Source: Bacteroidota bacterium
GTDB lineage: Bacteria > Bacteroidota > Ignavibacteria > Kapaibacteriales > Kapaibacteriaceae
Reading direction: 5' to 3'
Assembly: GCA_018266735.1 (NCBI GenBank)
Contig: JAFDZT010000004.1
Coordinates: forward strand, 156,094 to 220,093
Length of the DNA: 64,000 nt
The position numbers and the translations under genes are program-made. Under the pieces are notes generated by a model that was given only the letters and a program-made list of their open reading frames with translations, was not told where the DNA came from and did no database searches. Shown here one piece after another: positions 20,707 through 30,120 of the stretch (positions are counted from its first letter, which is position 1; each line of letters begins with the position of its first letter).

Positions 20707-21171
20707 TCACTTCGGAACACGACCCGTCTTTTGAAACCACCATCGCATGACGTTGTGGAACGGGTCGACAGGATCGATGAACATCAGCGGACAACCGCCA
20801 ACGATACAGACCATGCCATGCTCTCGCGCAAGGTCGGCCGCCACGTCATCCACACTTCCGCTTCCCACGCTCCGATGCATCCATACAATGGAGATCTTCA
20901 GCGCAATGCACTGGCGTATGATATCGGCCACACTCTCCGGTGGCGTGACGATCATCACGGCATTCACGCCCCCCGGTATCGATGCAATGTTCGCATAGCA
21001 GGGCTCCCCATCAATGGACGTTGCACGAGGATTCACACCGAACACATCATGCCCCGATGCTCGTAAGCGTTTTGCAATGGCGTTGGCCGGTGCGTTCCCA
21101 CTTCGCGACACACCAACAACGGCAATGCGGTGTTGTGCAAGGAATGCCGTGATGTCCGTAGTGCAACTCAT
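20707..21171 (-). CDS. CoA-binding domain protein (YccU-like)
   Basis: RIAVVGVSRSGNAPANAIAKRL...DVFGVNP is a Rossmann-like CoA-binding signature; 154 aa. Confidence 0.7.
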   Translation of the reverse strand: MSCTTDITAFLAQHRIAVVGVSRSGNAPANAIAKRLRASGHDVFGVNPRATSIDGEPCYANIASIPGGVNAVMIVTPPESVADIIRQCIALKISIVWMHRSVGSGSVDDVAADLAREHGMVCIVGGCPLMFIDPVDPFHNVMRWWFQKTGRVPK

Positions 21172-21219
21172 GTTGGCTTTCTCCGTACAATGCGCTCCTT
21201 AATTTCGACCTTCTGATAC

Positions 21220-21885
21220 ATGCATAAAAGGACATTTGTCATGACCTCCTTCGTACGCTCTTCCCTCCTCGCCCTTACCGTTGCCTGCCTTGCCACCCCG
21301 CTCCTTGCGGCACCTTCCGACTCGACGTCGACCGTGAAGACCATCTTTGGCAATGAGCCCTTCACTTCCGGCGGCTTTGGCGCCCCCGTCCTCAAGGTGA
21401 CGGCCATTGATGGACAGACCTCCCTTCTTGTTGGTGGTCGCGGTGGTTGGGTGATCAACAAAACATTCGTCCTTGGCGGCGGCGGGTACGGACTGGTGAC
21501 GCATACACCTGTGACCGGACTTCCCTCAACAAGTCTGCAGGTTGGATATGGCGGCGGGGAGCTCGAATACATCCTTGCCTCCGATGAGGCCATTCACGCT
21601 TCGTTCATGATGCTCATTGGCGCCGGTGCAGCACAAATGCACGCCGATAGTCTCGGTGGCGGGATGAACAATTGGGAACGCGGAAACCTTGCAAGCACGA
21701 CGTTCTTCGTCTTCGAGCCTCAAGTGAACGTCGAGCTCAATCTTACGCGTTGGTTCCGCGTTGGTGCCGGTGTGTCGTATCGCTATACGAATGGTGCATC
21801 GATGACCGTGCAGCAAGCCACGATCAATGACGTGAGCTTGCGTGGTGTTGCCGGCGTGCTGACGTTAAAGTTTGGCGTGTATTAA
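21220..21885 (+). CDS. Hypothetical secreted Gly-rich protein, possibly an outer-membrane beta-barrel
   Basis: Signal peptide, alternating Gly-rich beta-like segments, and a C-terminus ending LTLKFGVY (aromatic terminal residue). Confidence 0.4.
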   Translation: MHKRTFVMTSFVRSSLLALTVACLATPLLAAPSDSTSTVKTIFGNEPFTSGGFGAPVLKVTAIDGQTSLLVGGRGGWVINKTFVLGGGGYGLVTHTPVTGLPSTSLQVGYGGGELEYILASDEAIHASFMMLIGAGAAQMHADSLGGGMNNWERGNLASTTFFVFEPQVNVELNLTRWFRVGAGVSYRYTNGASMTVQQATINDVSLRGVAGVLTLKFGVY

Positions 21886-22215
21886 GGCCTCGCGACCGAT
21901 CTCGTTGATCACGGGATCGGGATACCGGTTGAACTCATAGGGATGTCCCCAGTACAACAGCTTGTTGTCGTTGAACGCCGCCAAGTACTCCGCCGTGATC
22001 CCGCCCAGTTTTAGCGTGAATTGATAGATCGTGTACGAGACGTTGGGGCGAGATGGGATGCGGATGTCGAAGACGTTGTCCGGTCCCTTCGACACGGTGT
22101 TCAGAACCTGCTCCGTCGTCATCCCCTTCTGGAGTTTGTTTGCGTCCGAGAGCTCGAAGGAGGAACATGAGGTGAGGAACAGCGTGACAACGGTCATGGC
22201 CAGCAGTGTCTTCAT
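21865..22215 (-). CDS. BamE-like (SmpA/OmlA-domain) small lipoprotein, paralog A
   Basis: Lipobox LFLTSC; BamE-like motif LQKGMTTEQVLNTVSKGPD; a LLYWG motif near the C-terminus. Confidence 0.55.
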   Translation of the reverse strand: MKTLLAMTVVTLFLTSCSSFELSDANKLQKGMTTEQVLNTVSKGPDNVFDIRIPSRPNVSYTIYQFTLKLGGITAEYLAAFNDNKLLYWGHPYEFNRYPDPVINEIGREALIHAKL

Positions 22216-22227
22216 GTGATTCGTTCC

Positions 22228-22680
22228 TTAGTGGTTCATGAACTGTTGATACACGGCAGGCGCGATGGCCAAGATCTCGGGGTCTTCCGACTTGGAGTAA
22301 TCGGCCATCATTCCCCAGTACCGCAATCGGCGGTCTTGATACATCACGATCAACGTATGTGTATGATCAGTGATCGTTGTGGTTGTGGTTCGCGTGGTCG
22401 GCACACCAAAGGAACCATACGAATAGGTGGTGTTCGTGGTCTTCGTTTGAGCTGTTTGCAATGGGTAGTACTCCAGCACGTAGGTATGCCCTTGCTCCGT
22501 GATGGTGATCATAGATGTTGACGACACATCCATGTTGTCGTGCACCGTTTTCTGATCCATCCCCTTCTGCAGGAATCCGATCGAGTTATACGTCACGAAC
22601 TGCGGTCCACAGGCCGTGAGCCCAACGAGGCACAACAGTGCCACGGGACCGCCCCACCATGCGGTTTTTCGTTGATACAT
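22228..22680 (-). CDS. BamE-like small lipoprotein, paralog B (with a Thr-rich insert)
   Basis: Start MYQRK...LVGLTACG; motifs LQKGMDQKTVHDNM and LRYWG. Its start codon abuts the glycosyltransferase stop at 22680. Confidence 0.5.
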   Translation of the reverse strand: MYQRKTAWWGGPVALLCLVGLTACGPQFVTYNSIGFLQKGMDQKTVHDNMDVSSTSMITITEQGHTYVLEYYPLQTAQTKTTNTTYSYGSFGVPTTRTTTTTITDHTHTLIVMYQDRRLRYWGMMADYSKSEDPEILAIAPAVYQQFMNH

Positions 22681-24128
22681 CACTTCTCCACCGAATACAC
22701 AACACTTGTCTGATTTTTGTTGCCCGAAGGATTCAGCGTATGCAATGTAGCATCGAGAAGTCCGGGTTCGATATCCGTACAATGACGTAAAGGACGACCT
22801 ACCACCATCTCGGTCCGTTGCATGAACGCATCCCTACTGGCAAGGTCGAAGAACACCACATGGCTGGGATGGAAGGTGGCAAGACGGGTCCACGTTTCCG
22901 ATGTGGTATCGGACGACACCGTGATCAGCGGCAAACGCGGGTACAGGTAGAACGACGGCGCTTGAATATTGTCGCCGATCACTGCCACACGATCCATGTT
23001 GGGCTGATGCGACAGATACGTGAGTGCTTCAACGCGCGATCGTTTCGAATACGAGAACGTGAACAGAATGAGGAGCACGGAATTGGCGACCCAGAAGAAC
23101 GTCCACGCTCCTCTCGTCCACAATGACGTGCGCATCACGTTCGACGGTCGGTCCACCCACGCCACGGCAACGGCCACGAGCAACAATGGAACGATCGGCA
23201 GGATGAATCGCTCCTGCTTGTTGGCGATAAGCGAATGTGCGAGAACGAACACGGCAATGGGCATCAGCACTTCCCACCGAAGTACCGGACGGTTGTCGGT
23301 GATCACGCGCCACAACAGGACAAGGCTCAGAGGCGGGATGAGAATACCGATGATGAGCACGACGTATTGATAGAATGGTCCACTCGTGTAATCGTTCATG
23401 CCGGCAAGGTTGCTCTTCACATAGGAGATCGGCGCTGCCATGAAGGATCCCCATACGGCAAGATCGATCACCCCTTGCGTAAGTGCCACGCTCATCAAGC
23501 AGGCGGCAGTGAGCAACGACGCCACACGCCATTGGCGTTGCCATGCGAGAACAACGACCATGGTGGCAGGGATGATGGCCGTGTGATAACGGAACATGAA
23601 AGCCGCAGCAAATGCAAGTCCGGCAAGGACGAGATCTCGCGTCGACGCACGTCGCAACACCAAGAAGACGCCGGCCATCAATGGCGGAATGGACATCATC
23701 TCGATCAGGTTGCGCACGCTCATGAAGGGGAACACCCAGAAGACAGCTACAAGAAGCGCGGCGAACTGAGCTGACCGTTCCGAGCCCACTCTTCGGGCAA
23801 TGGCGGCAGCGAGCGGTATGGCAAGCGTTGCGAACAAGGCATGCAGAATGCGCATCACCAGCATCTGCGACTGCGGGTCCGTAATGCCGACATTCATGCA
23901 GGTGGAAAGGATGGCATAGAGGATCGATGGATAGACAACGCTATGACCCGGCGGCTCTGTACGATGGAACCAACCGCCATGGTCAGGAAGGAACCACTGA
24001 TACGGACCATCTTCGATCACAAAGTGATCGTCATGCATGGCATAGCCCCGCGAGTAGAAGGCGGCCACCAACCGCAATGCAAGGCCGATAAGGACGATAG
24101 TTCGAATGGATGGGAGCTTCATCGACAA
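22680..24128 (-). CDS. GT-C fold integral-membrane glycosyltransferase (GT22/PMT/ArnT-like mannosyltransferase family)
   Basis: 482 aa with ~10 TM segments and an N-terminal loop AMHDDHFVIEDGPYQWF resembling the H-x-D-E-x-F motif of GT22-type GT-C enzymes. Confidence 0.55.
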   Translation of the reverse strand: MSMKLPSIRTIVLIGLALRLVAAFYSRGYAMHDDHFVIEDGPYQWFLPDHGGWFHRTEPPGHSVVYPSILYAILSTCMNVGITDPQSQMLVMRILHALFATLAIPLAAAIARRVGSERSAQFAALLVAVFWVFPFMSVRNLIEMMSIPPLMAGVFLVLRRASTRDLVLAGLAFAAAFMFRYHTAIIPATMVVVLAWQRQWRVASLLTAACLMSVALTQGVIDLAVWGSFMAAPISYVKSNLAGMNDYTSGPFYQYVVLIIGILIPPLSLVLLWRVITDNRPVLRWEVLMPIAVFVLAHSLIANKQERFILPIVPLLLVAVAVAWVDRPSNVMRTSLWTRGAWTFFWVANSVLLILFTFSYSKRSRVEALTYLSHQPNMDRVAVIGDNIQAPSFYLYPRLPLITVSSDTTSETWTRLATFHPSHVVFFDLASRDAFMQRTEMVVGRPLRHCTDIEPGLLDATLHTLNPSGNKNQTSVVYSVEK

Positions 24129-24134
24129 CCGCTC

Positions 24135-24476
24135 TTAGTATTGGGTAAGAGAGTCGACAACGGTCGTGCCGATGCGCACGAGGTCCGGGTTGGAATGTCG
24201 TAGCAAGAGATACGGCTCACCCCAGTAGATCAATTCGCCGCGGCGGCTCACATAGATCATCGCCACATCCGACTCTTTGATGATGGAGCGAACCGTGTAC
24301 GTCAGGGTCGTATCAACCACCGAACGTATCTGAAGGGTAACGGCACTGCCGCGGGTGAATGGATCGACATCCGATCCGGACCTTGCCGATATCTCCGCCA
24401 TTGCACGAGGTGAACCGCTACTTCGGTCGATGATCATCCGACCACACGCTGAGCAAAGAACACTCAGTGCTACCAT
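24135..24476 (-). CDS. BamE-like small lipoprotein, paralog C
   Basis: Internal start MVALSVLCSACG (the listed ORF extends further 5'); a C-terminal LIYWG motif. Confidence 0.4.
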   Translation of the reverse strand: MVALSVLCSACGRMIIDRSSGSPRAMAEISARSGSDVDPFTRGSAVTLQIRSVVDTTLTYTVRSIIKESDVAMIYVSRRGELIYWGEPYLLLRHSNPDLVRIGTTVVDSLTQY

Positions 24477-24495
24477 CAGGACAATACAGGTTGTT

Positions 24496-24948
24496 CTATT
24501 GTGCACGAGAGAACTCCTCGTCAAGGATCGGCGCAAGACGAGCGACCGCTTGATCTTCGGTTTGCCAGAAATCTTCAACAGTGCCCCAGTATCGCAGCGC
24601 CCCGTCATCGAACAGCACCAGCATTGGGATCTGTACTTCATGAAGTTGATCGAGTGACGAGGATTGCTGGCCATTCATGCCCGATCCGGTGTACAACCGT
24701 ATCTTATACCGCTTCGTTGGAAGCCAATACTGGTCAACTCGAAAAGTTCTGTCACCATCCGTGACTGCAACGGTCGTATCACTCTCGAACTCCGCACTGA
24801 GTATTCTCCGTACCTCCGTTTGCGGCATGCCCTTCCGAAGTGAGTCGAGTACGAGGTACTTCTTGCTGGTCGCATAATCCGAAACAAAGGGCAAGCAGCT
24901 GCAAAGAGTGCCCGCAGAGATCAAGGCGATAAGGATCGCTCGTATCAT
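24496..24948 (-). CDS. BamE-like small lipoprotein, paralog D
   Basis: Lipobox LCSC; motifs LRKGMPQTEVRRIL and LRYWG. Confidence 0.5.
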   Translation of the reverse strand: MIRAILIALISAGTLCSCLPFVSDYATSKKYLVLDSLRKGMPQTEVRRILSAEFESDTTVAVTDGDRTFRVDQYWLPTKRYKIRLYTGSGMNGQQSSSLDQLHEVQIPMLVLFDDGALRYWGTVEDFWQTEDQAVARLAPILDEEFSRAQ

Positions 24949-25277
24949 TGGATCCTCGCAGATGTCGATCCGATCTCGTTGATGATCTGGGATGGATGCC
25001 GCATGAATTCGTGCTGCAGGCCCCAGTACAACAAGGAATCGTTGCGAAACGCAAAGACATGTTTCTTGATGATCGCGTCCTCATCCGAAACATAGACGTC
25101 CACCGAATATCGGTTGATCGGATCCGATGGCACCTCGATCTTTGACGAAGCGAATGCCTCCAGACCCAACACGGAATGCACGGCCGCTTGGCTCATTCCT
25201 TTACGGAGGAGATTCTGACTACCGGGTGACAGTGTGCACGACGATAGTACGATCGCGGCTAGGATCCATTTCAACAC
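24945..25277 (-). CDS. BamE-like small lipoprotein, paralog E (GTG start)
   Basis: (V)LKWILAAIVLSSC lipobox from the GTG at 25277; motifs LRKGMSQAAVHSVLG and LLYWG. Confidence 0.45.
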   Translation of the reverse strand: MLKWILAAIVLSSCTLSPGSQNLLRKGMSQAAVHSVLGLEAFASSKIEVPSDPINRYSVDVYVSDEDAIIKKHVFAFRNDSLLYWGLQHEFMRHPSQIINEIGSTSARIQ

Positions 25278-25284
25278 ATCCTCC

Positions 25285-27801
25285 TCAACGAACAATGGGA
25301 ACAAACCGTTGTGCGATCCGGCGACCGGACGAATAGATCTCAAGGCTATACATGCCGCTCGGAATTCCACGAATATCGACAACATCTTCCACCGTTCGCA
25401 TCATTTCAACGCCCGAATCATTTCGAAGGACGATCGCCGATACAACGATCGATGGATCTTGAACGATCACGCGACACCACGTTGTTGCAGGTTGCGGTGC
25501 AATAGTGATGGCGAACGGCACGGCCTGTGCTCCGTCTGAGACGTTGGTCGACGATCCGGTGCGACCGAGGCGTAGTCCGTTGCCGGCTGTCGTCACCCAC
25601 ACCTGTGCGTGATCGAACGGATCGAAATAGACGCGTTCCGGTTGACGGAACGGGAAGTTCAGATCGCGTTGCCAGGTTGGTGTGGCCGACCTACCGTTGA
25701 GCGTGTACCACAGACCTTCCACCTCTGTGGTCGCATAGATCAGATCGGGATTCTCGGGATCGATGGTGCACGAGGTGACGCGGTCGGCATCGAAGATCTT
25801 CTTCCACGTACCGCCTGCATCGGTCGTTCGATACAGACCACCCTTGCCATTTGCAGGTCCGCCCCAACCACTGAATACTGCCACATACCAAGTGCGCTCT
25901 GTTGGATCGGATGCATCCACGATCACATCCTTCGTCCACCATTGCATGTTCGGATCCGAGATATCCTTCCACGTTCCCGTTGCAACATCGTACAAGAAGC
26001 AACCACTGCTTTGCGTGAAGGTGGGCGCGCCGCTCACACGCCGACCGGAGTAGGTGCATAGCACGTTGCCGTTCTTCAAGACCACCAGGCAGGCAGGGTG
26101 GCCTTCGGTGCGGGAGGGGGCAGGGAGGCGGGTCCATGTGGACGCACCTGCCCTGTCGAGGTCCTTCGTGACGTAGACGCCACCTTGCTGGGAATGGACC
26201 ACGCTTGCATAGGCAATGCGTTCATTGTTCGGGTCGAGTGCAATGCTGTACACGGGATGTCCGAACACGTGGACATCCGTCCACGTATGACCAAGGTCAG
26301 TGCTCTTGATCACTTTTCCCATGGCATCGTTCGCATTCAACGGCACATCGGCCAGGCGTGTGCTTTGATAGAGATCGTGAATGTTGGAGGTGGCCGCATA
26401 GAGCGTTGCGTTCGTATCGCGCACGCATTGATACATGGTGTTCGCATCGTGACCCGTGTAATCGAACGACCACTGCGTCCCCCCATCGGTACTGATGATG
26501 CCCTTGATGTCGGTGTAGCAACCAAAGATGGTGTTGCGCGAAGGGAAGCACAGTGACCAACATGAGGTGTTCTCCAATCCGATGCTCTTGTAGGATGCAC
26601 GTCGCGGTGTAGGCTGTCCGGCAACATGCGGTGTGGCCGGTTCGGTATACGCCTGCGTCCACGATGCCCCACCGTCCGTGGATCGGTGCAAGAATCCATA
26701 GTCGCCGAACATCACGACCTGTGCGTTGCGCGGTGCAACGGCCAGTGTGAAGACGCTCTCTCCGTACGACCACTGACGATCACCCCCGCTACCACTCCAC
26801 CCTGTTGCGATGTTGGCATTGTTTGCAGCGAGGAAGACCGATGTCCATGTTGCCCCCCCGTCCGTGCTTCGCTTGATCATCGGCGCATCGGATGCATTGC
26901 CTCCGATGTACATGGTGGTGGCATTGTTCCAAGCCATGGCACAGAACATCGGATGCTCGCCAGATGCAATGGCGGACCGGCGGACCCACGTCCTGGTCGG
27001 ACCAAGCGTCATCGTGTACACGTTGGTGATGAAGTTGTCGTACTCCCATGGGTTGTGTCCTACGTACACGTCACTCGTGGCCGTCAGACACACACACGTT
27101 GTGGTCGAGCCGTCCGTTCCCGCCGCGAACGACCATATGGTCTCGTTAGCAGCGATGCCCGTTGTCGGGACCACGGTGAACGTGGCGCCGCCATCGGTGG
27201 ACTCTAGAAGTCCGTCATTCGTCCCGACAAGGATGCGATCGTTGTCGAAGAACACGCCGCCCACGACATTGCCGGCACCATTGTTCGCGGCCGCATGGAT
27301 CTGCTTGAAGGTGGTCCCTCCGTCTCTGCTCGCATGGATCGCACCATACGTGCTGATGATGATGCGTTCCGGATGCTCGAAGTCCACATCGATTGTCATC
27401 GTCTCTTCGGACTCGTCGGGAGTACCTGCAAGCATCGTCCACGTTGCTCCCCCGTCGGTGCTCTTGGCGGGAACGATGTGGTCGAGCACGCCGTTCATCT
27501 TGTAGTTGATCGTATAGAGCAGGCCTGGCACCTTTGTGAATCGAACCGTGGAATGGTGATTACCATTGGCCTGCAGGAAGGACACAACGCTATAGTGTTC
27601 GCCACCATCGGTACTGTGGAATAGTTCGCTCATGTCACAGCCGGCGAAGAACTCCTTGTCGTTGGCCGGATCGATGCTCACAGCGAACATGGCCCCGCCG
27701 CCTCCGATCCCCCTGCTTTCCCATACGGTAGGGATCTGGGCGACGGATGTCGCACAACAGAAGAGAAATGCCAGCAGTCGGGGCGGAAGCGTGCGTTTCA
27801 T
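25285..27801 (-). CDS. Secreted BNR/Asp-box repeat protein (sortilin/VPS10- or GH74-like beta-propellers) with a T9SS C-terminal domain
   Basis: At least 9 S-x-D-x-G-x-T-W/F Asp-box motifs (STDGGATWT, SRDGGTTF, STDGGASWT, TTDAGGTWK...). Signal peptide from MKRTLPPRLL (27801). Por_Secre_tail-like C-terminus. Confidence 0.65.
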   Translation of the reverse strand: MKRTLPPRLLAFLFCCATSVAQIPTVWESRGIGGGGAMFAVSIDPANDKEFFAGCDMSELFHSTDGGEHYSVVSFLQANGNHHSTVRFTKVPGLLYTINYKMNGVLDHIVPAKSTDGGATWTMLAGTPDESEETMTIDVDFEHPERIIISTYGAIHASRDGGTTFKQIHAAANNGAGNVVGGVFFDNDRILVGTNDGLLESTDGGATFTVVPTTGIAANETIWSFAAGTDGSTTTCVCLTATSDVYVGHNPWEYDNFITNVYTMTLGPTRTWVRRSAIASGEHPMFCAMAWNNATTMYIGGNASDAPMIKRSTDGGATWTSVFLAANNANIATGWSGSGGDRQWSYGESVFTLAVAPRNAQVVMFGDYGFLHRSTDGGASWTQAYTEPATPHVAGQPTPRRASYKSIGLENTSCWSLCFPSRNTIFGCYTDIKGIISTDGGTQWSFDYTGHDANTMYQCVRDTNATLYAATSNIHDLYQSTRLADVPLNANDAMGKVIKSTDLGHTWTDVHVFGHPVYSIALDPNNERIAYASVVHSQQGGVYVTKDLDRAGASTWTRLPAPSRTEGHPACLVVLKNGNVLCTYSGRRVSGAPTFTQSSGCFLYDVATGTWKDISDPNMQWWTKDVIVDASDPTERTWYVAVFSGWGGPANGKGGLYRTTDAGGTWKKIFDADRVTSCTIDPENPDLIYATTEVEGLWYTLNGRSATPTWQRDLNFPFRQPERVYFDPFDHAQVWVTTAGNGLRLGRTGSSTNVSDGAQAVPFAITIAPQPATTWCRVIVQDPSIVVSAIVLRNDSGVEMMRTVEDVVDIRGIPSGMYSLEIYSSGRRIAQRFVPIVR

Positions 27802-28009
27802 GACGGATCCCGTAGTATGGTGCGCAATATCGAACAATTCCCTATCTTTGTAGTCGTCATACACTCTTTAGTGTAGTATATCTCTCCTGTCAGCCGTTTT
27901 TCCTCTTCCTACAGAAGGTCCCAACACGGTGAGCATGACGTGAACAGCGACAACGTGTCGCTTCACGCGAGGGATGTGCACCGTGTTCCACATTTTGTAA
28001 GGAAGGTCC

Positions 28010-29608
28010 ATGACCTTTTCCGATTTGGGTCTTATTGACCCATTGCTTCGTGCGCTCAAAGAAGAGGGCTACGATAAGCCAACGCCTATTCAGGCACAAT
28101 CCATTCCTGCAGTTCTCGAAGGCCGTGATGTCTTCGGATGTGCACAAACCGGCACTGGTAAGACTGCCGCCTTCGCTCTGCCCATTCTGCAGAAGATCGC
28201 GCAGACGGTAAGCCAGGAAGCCCCCAAACAACAGCCTCGCCTCCGTTCGACGCATGCATACAAGCGTTCGTACAACTATGAGCCGGGCACACCATCAGCA
28301 CTGATCCTTGCGCCAACGCGCGAGCTGGCCGTGCAGATCTCCGAGAGCTTTGCAGCCTACGGACGGTTCATCCGCTTCAAGCAAGCCTGTGTCTACGGCG
28401 GTGTTTCGGCACGTCCGCAGATCGAGCTGCTCCGTCGCGGTGTCGATGTGGTGGTCGCAACACCGGGTCGCTTGATCGATCTCCTCGAGCAGCAAGCACT
28501 GGTGCTCGACAAGGTAACAACGTTCGTGTTGGATGAAGCGGATCGCATGCTCGACATGGGATTCATCACCGACATTCGTCGTTTGATCCCGCTCATCCCC
28601 AAGGACCGTCAAACGGTCTTCTATTCTGCAACGGTTCCGGCCGAGATCAAAGACCTCTCCGCATCGTTGCTTCGTGATCCGTTCACGGTAGAAGTCACGC
28701 CCGTCTCGTCGGCCGTGGAAACGGTTGAGCAGAAGGTGTACTTCGTCGACAAGCTGATGAAGAAGGATCTCTTGAACCATCTGCTCACGACAACGCTCAC
28801 GGGAAGCGCCCTGGTCTTCACGCGCACCAAGCGTGCGGCAGACCGAGTTTCCAAGGACCTGCTTCGCCATGGCATCAATGCCGAGGCGTTGCATGGTGAC
28901 AAGTCGCAAGATGCGCGTCAACGCGCGCTGCGCTCGTTCAAGTCCGGTCAGGTTCGCGTCCTCGTGGCAACAGACATTGCCGCACGTGGTATCGACGTCG
29001 ATTCGCTGAAGTTCGTGATCAACTACGAAATGCCCGATACTCCGGAAACATTCGTGCACCGTATCGGCCGTACTGGTCGTGCCGGCGCTTCCGGAATGGC
29101 CGTGTCGTTGTGCGATCCGAGCGAAGCCTCCACAATGCGCGACATTCAAAAGCACTTGAAGCGGAACATCCCGGTCGACACCGATCAGCCGTATCACATG
29201 GACATCTACATCCGTCCGTTCGACCAACAAGGCGGCGGCTCGGGTAGCTCCGGTGGCGGTCGTTCCGGTGGATACCGTGGCGGACAACGCTCGTATGGTG
29301 GTGGCGGTGGACGTTCCGGTGGCGGACGTTCGGGCGGTGGCTACGGTCAACGTTCGGAAGGTGGCGGACGTTCGGGCGGTGGCTACGGCCAACGTTCGGA
29401 AGGTGGCGGTCGTCCTGCCGGTGGCGGACGTTCGGGTGGTGGCTACGGCCAACGCTCGGAAGGCGGTCCCCGCTCCGAAGGCAGTGCAAGCTCCGGTCCA
29501 CGTCGCGAAGGCGGCGGAGGCTATGGCTCTGCCACACCGTTCAAGCGCCGTGAAGGTGGAGCCGGCGGTGATCGCCGCGGTCCACGTCCATCAGGTCGCC
29601 GCGATTGA
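28010..29608 (+). CDS. DEAD-box ATP-dependent RNA helicase (RhlE/DeaD-like) with a C-terminal RGG/YG low-complexity tail
   Basis: Q-motif, Walker A AQTGTGKT, DEAD (VLDEADRM), SAT, HRIGRTGRAG; the C-terminal ~130 aa are Gly/Arg-rich. Confidence 0.9.
   Translation: MTFSDLGLIDPLLRALKEEGYDKPTPIQAQSIPAVLEGRDVFGCAQTGTGKTAAFALPILQKIAQTVSQEAPKQQPRLRSTHAYKRSYNYEPGTPSALILAPTRELAVQISESFAAYGRFIRFKQACVYGGVSARPQIELLRRGVDVVVATPGRLIDLLEQQALVLDKVTTFVLDEADRMLDMGFITDIRRLIPLIPKDRQTVFYSATVPAEIKDLSASLLRDPFTVEVTPVSSAVETVEQKVYFVDKLMKKDLLNHLLTTTLTGSALVFTRTKRAADRVSKDLLRHGINAEALHGDKSQDARQRALRSFKSGQVRVLVATDIAARGIDVDSLKFVINYEMPDTPETFVHRIGRTGRAGASGMAVSLCDPSEASTMRDIQKHLKRNIPVDTDQPYHMDIYIRPFDQQGGGSGSSGGGRSGGYRGGQRSYGGGGGRSGGGRSGGGYGQRSEGGGRSGGGYGQRSEGGGRPAGGGRSGGGYGQRSEGGPRSEGSASSGPRREGGGGYGSATPFKRREGGAGGDRRGPRPSGRRD
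29321..29464 (+). repeat. Three tandem 42-nt repeats (one 18-nt insertion) encoding GGRSGGGYGQRSEG units in the helicase tail
   Basis: ggcggacgttcgggcggtggctacggYcaacgYtcggaaggY is seen three times. Confidence 0.75.
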
Positions 29609-30007
29609 GTACCGATCTTTGATCCACGCAGGGATCTCCACAGCTCGCTGCGTCTCGATCGAGATCATCACATAGTCCTGAATGCCAAAAGCACACTCCT
29701 TGAGTGTGCTTTTGTGCTTTATGGAGAAGGCCACGCGTACACCCTTGGGTTGGAACTCTTCGATACGCGTTTGGACGACAACGATGTCGCCCATTCGTAC
29801 GGGTCTCTTGAACTCGATCTCGCTTCGCGTGTTCACCCAGGAATAGCCGGCATTGATGAATTCCTGCATCGACATGCCATAACACCGCTCCATCTGATCG
29901 TACCGGGCCATGAGCACATAGTCCATGTAGCGACTGTTGTGCACGTGCTGGTTCATGTCGATGTCGTCGGGACGGACGATGATCTCGGTTTCGAAGGTTG
30001 CGTACAT
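29591..30007 (-). CDS. Hotdog-fold acyl-CoA thioesterase (4HBT/YbgC-like)
   Basis: Only the C-terminal 138 aa of the listed 344-aa ORF look real (MYATFETEIIVRPDDIDMNQHVHNSRYMDYV..., a 4HBT signature). The upstream extension is antisense to the neighbours. The 3' end overlaps the helicase 3' end by 18 nt. Confidence 0.6.
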   Translation of the reverse strand: MYATFETEIIVRPDDIDMNQHVHNSRYMDYVLMARYDQMERCYGMSMQEFINAGYSWVNTRSEIEFKRPVRMGDIVVVQTRIEEFQPKGVRVAFSIKHKSTLKECAFGIQDYVMISIETQRAVEIPAWIKDRYSIAAT

Positions 30008-30120
30008 AGGATGCAATACTACGCAGTTCTCGACCGAAGAACGTAAGGCGAGCTTCCCCAAGAACATACCGTCAGAAACCGTATATTTGCGGCTCTCTAA
30101 CAGCATATCTACGAAGACCG

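Noticed and set aside
28295-29452. 385-aa minus-strand ORF covering the DEAD-box helicase
   Set aside because: Antisense to a gene with complete helicase motifs. Its composition is Thr/Ala/Arg-rich low complexity mirroring the Gly/Arg repeats.
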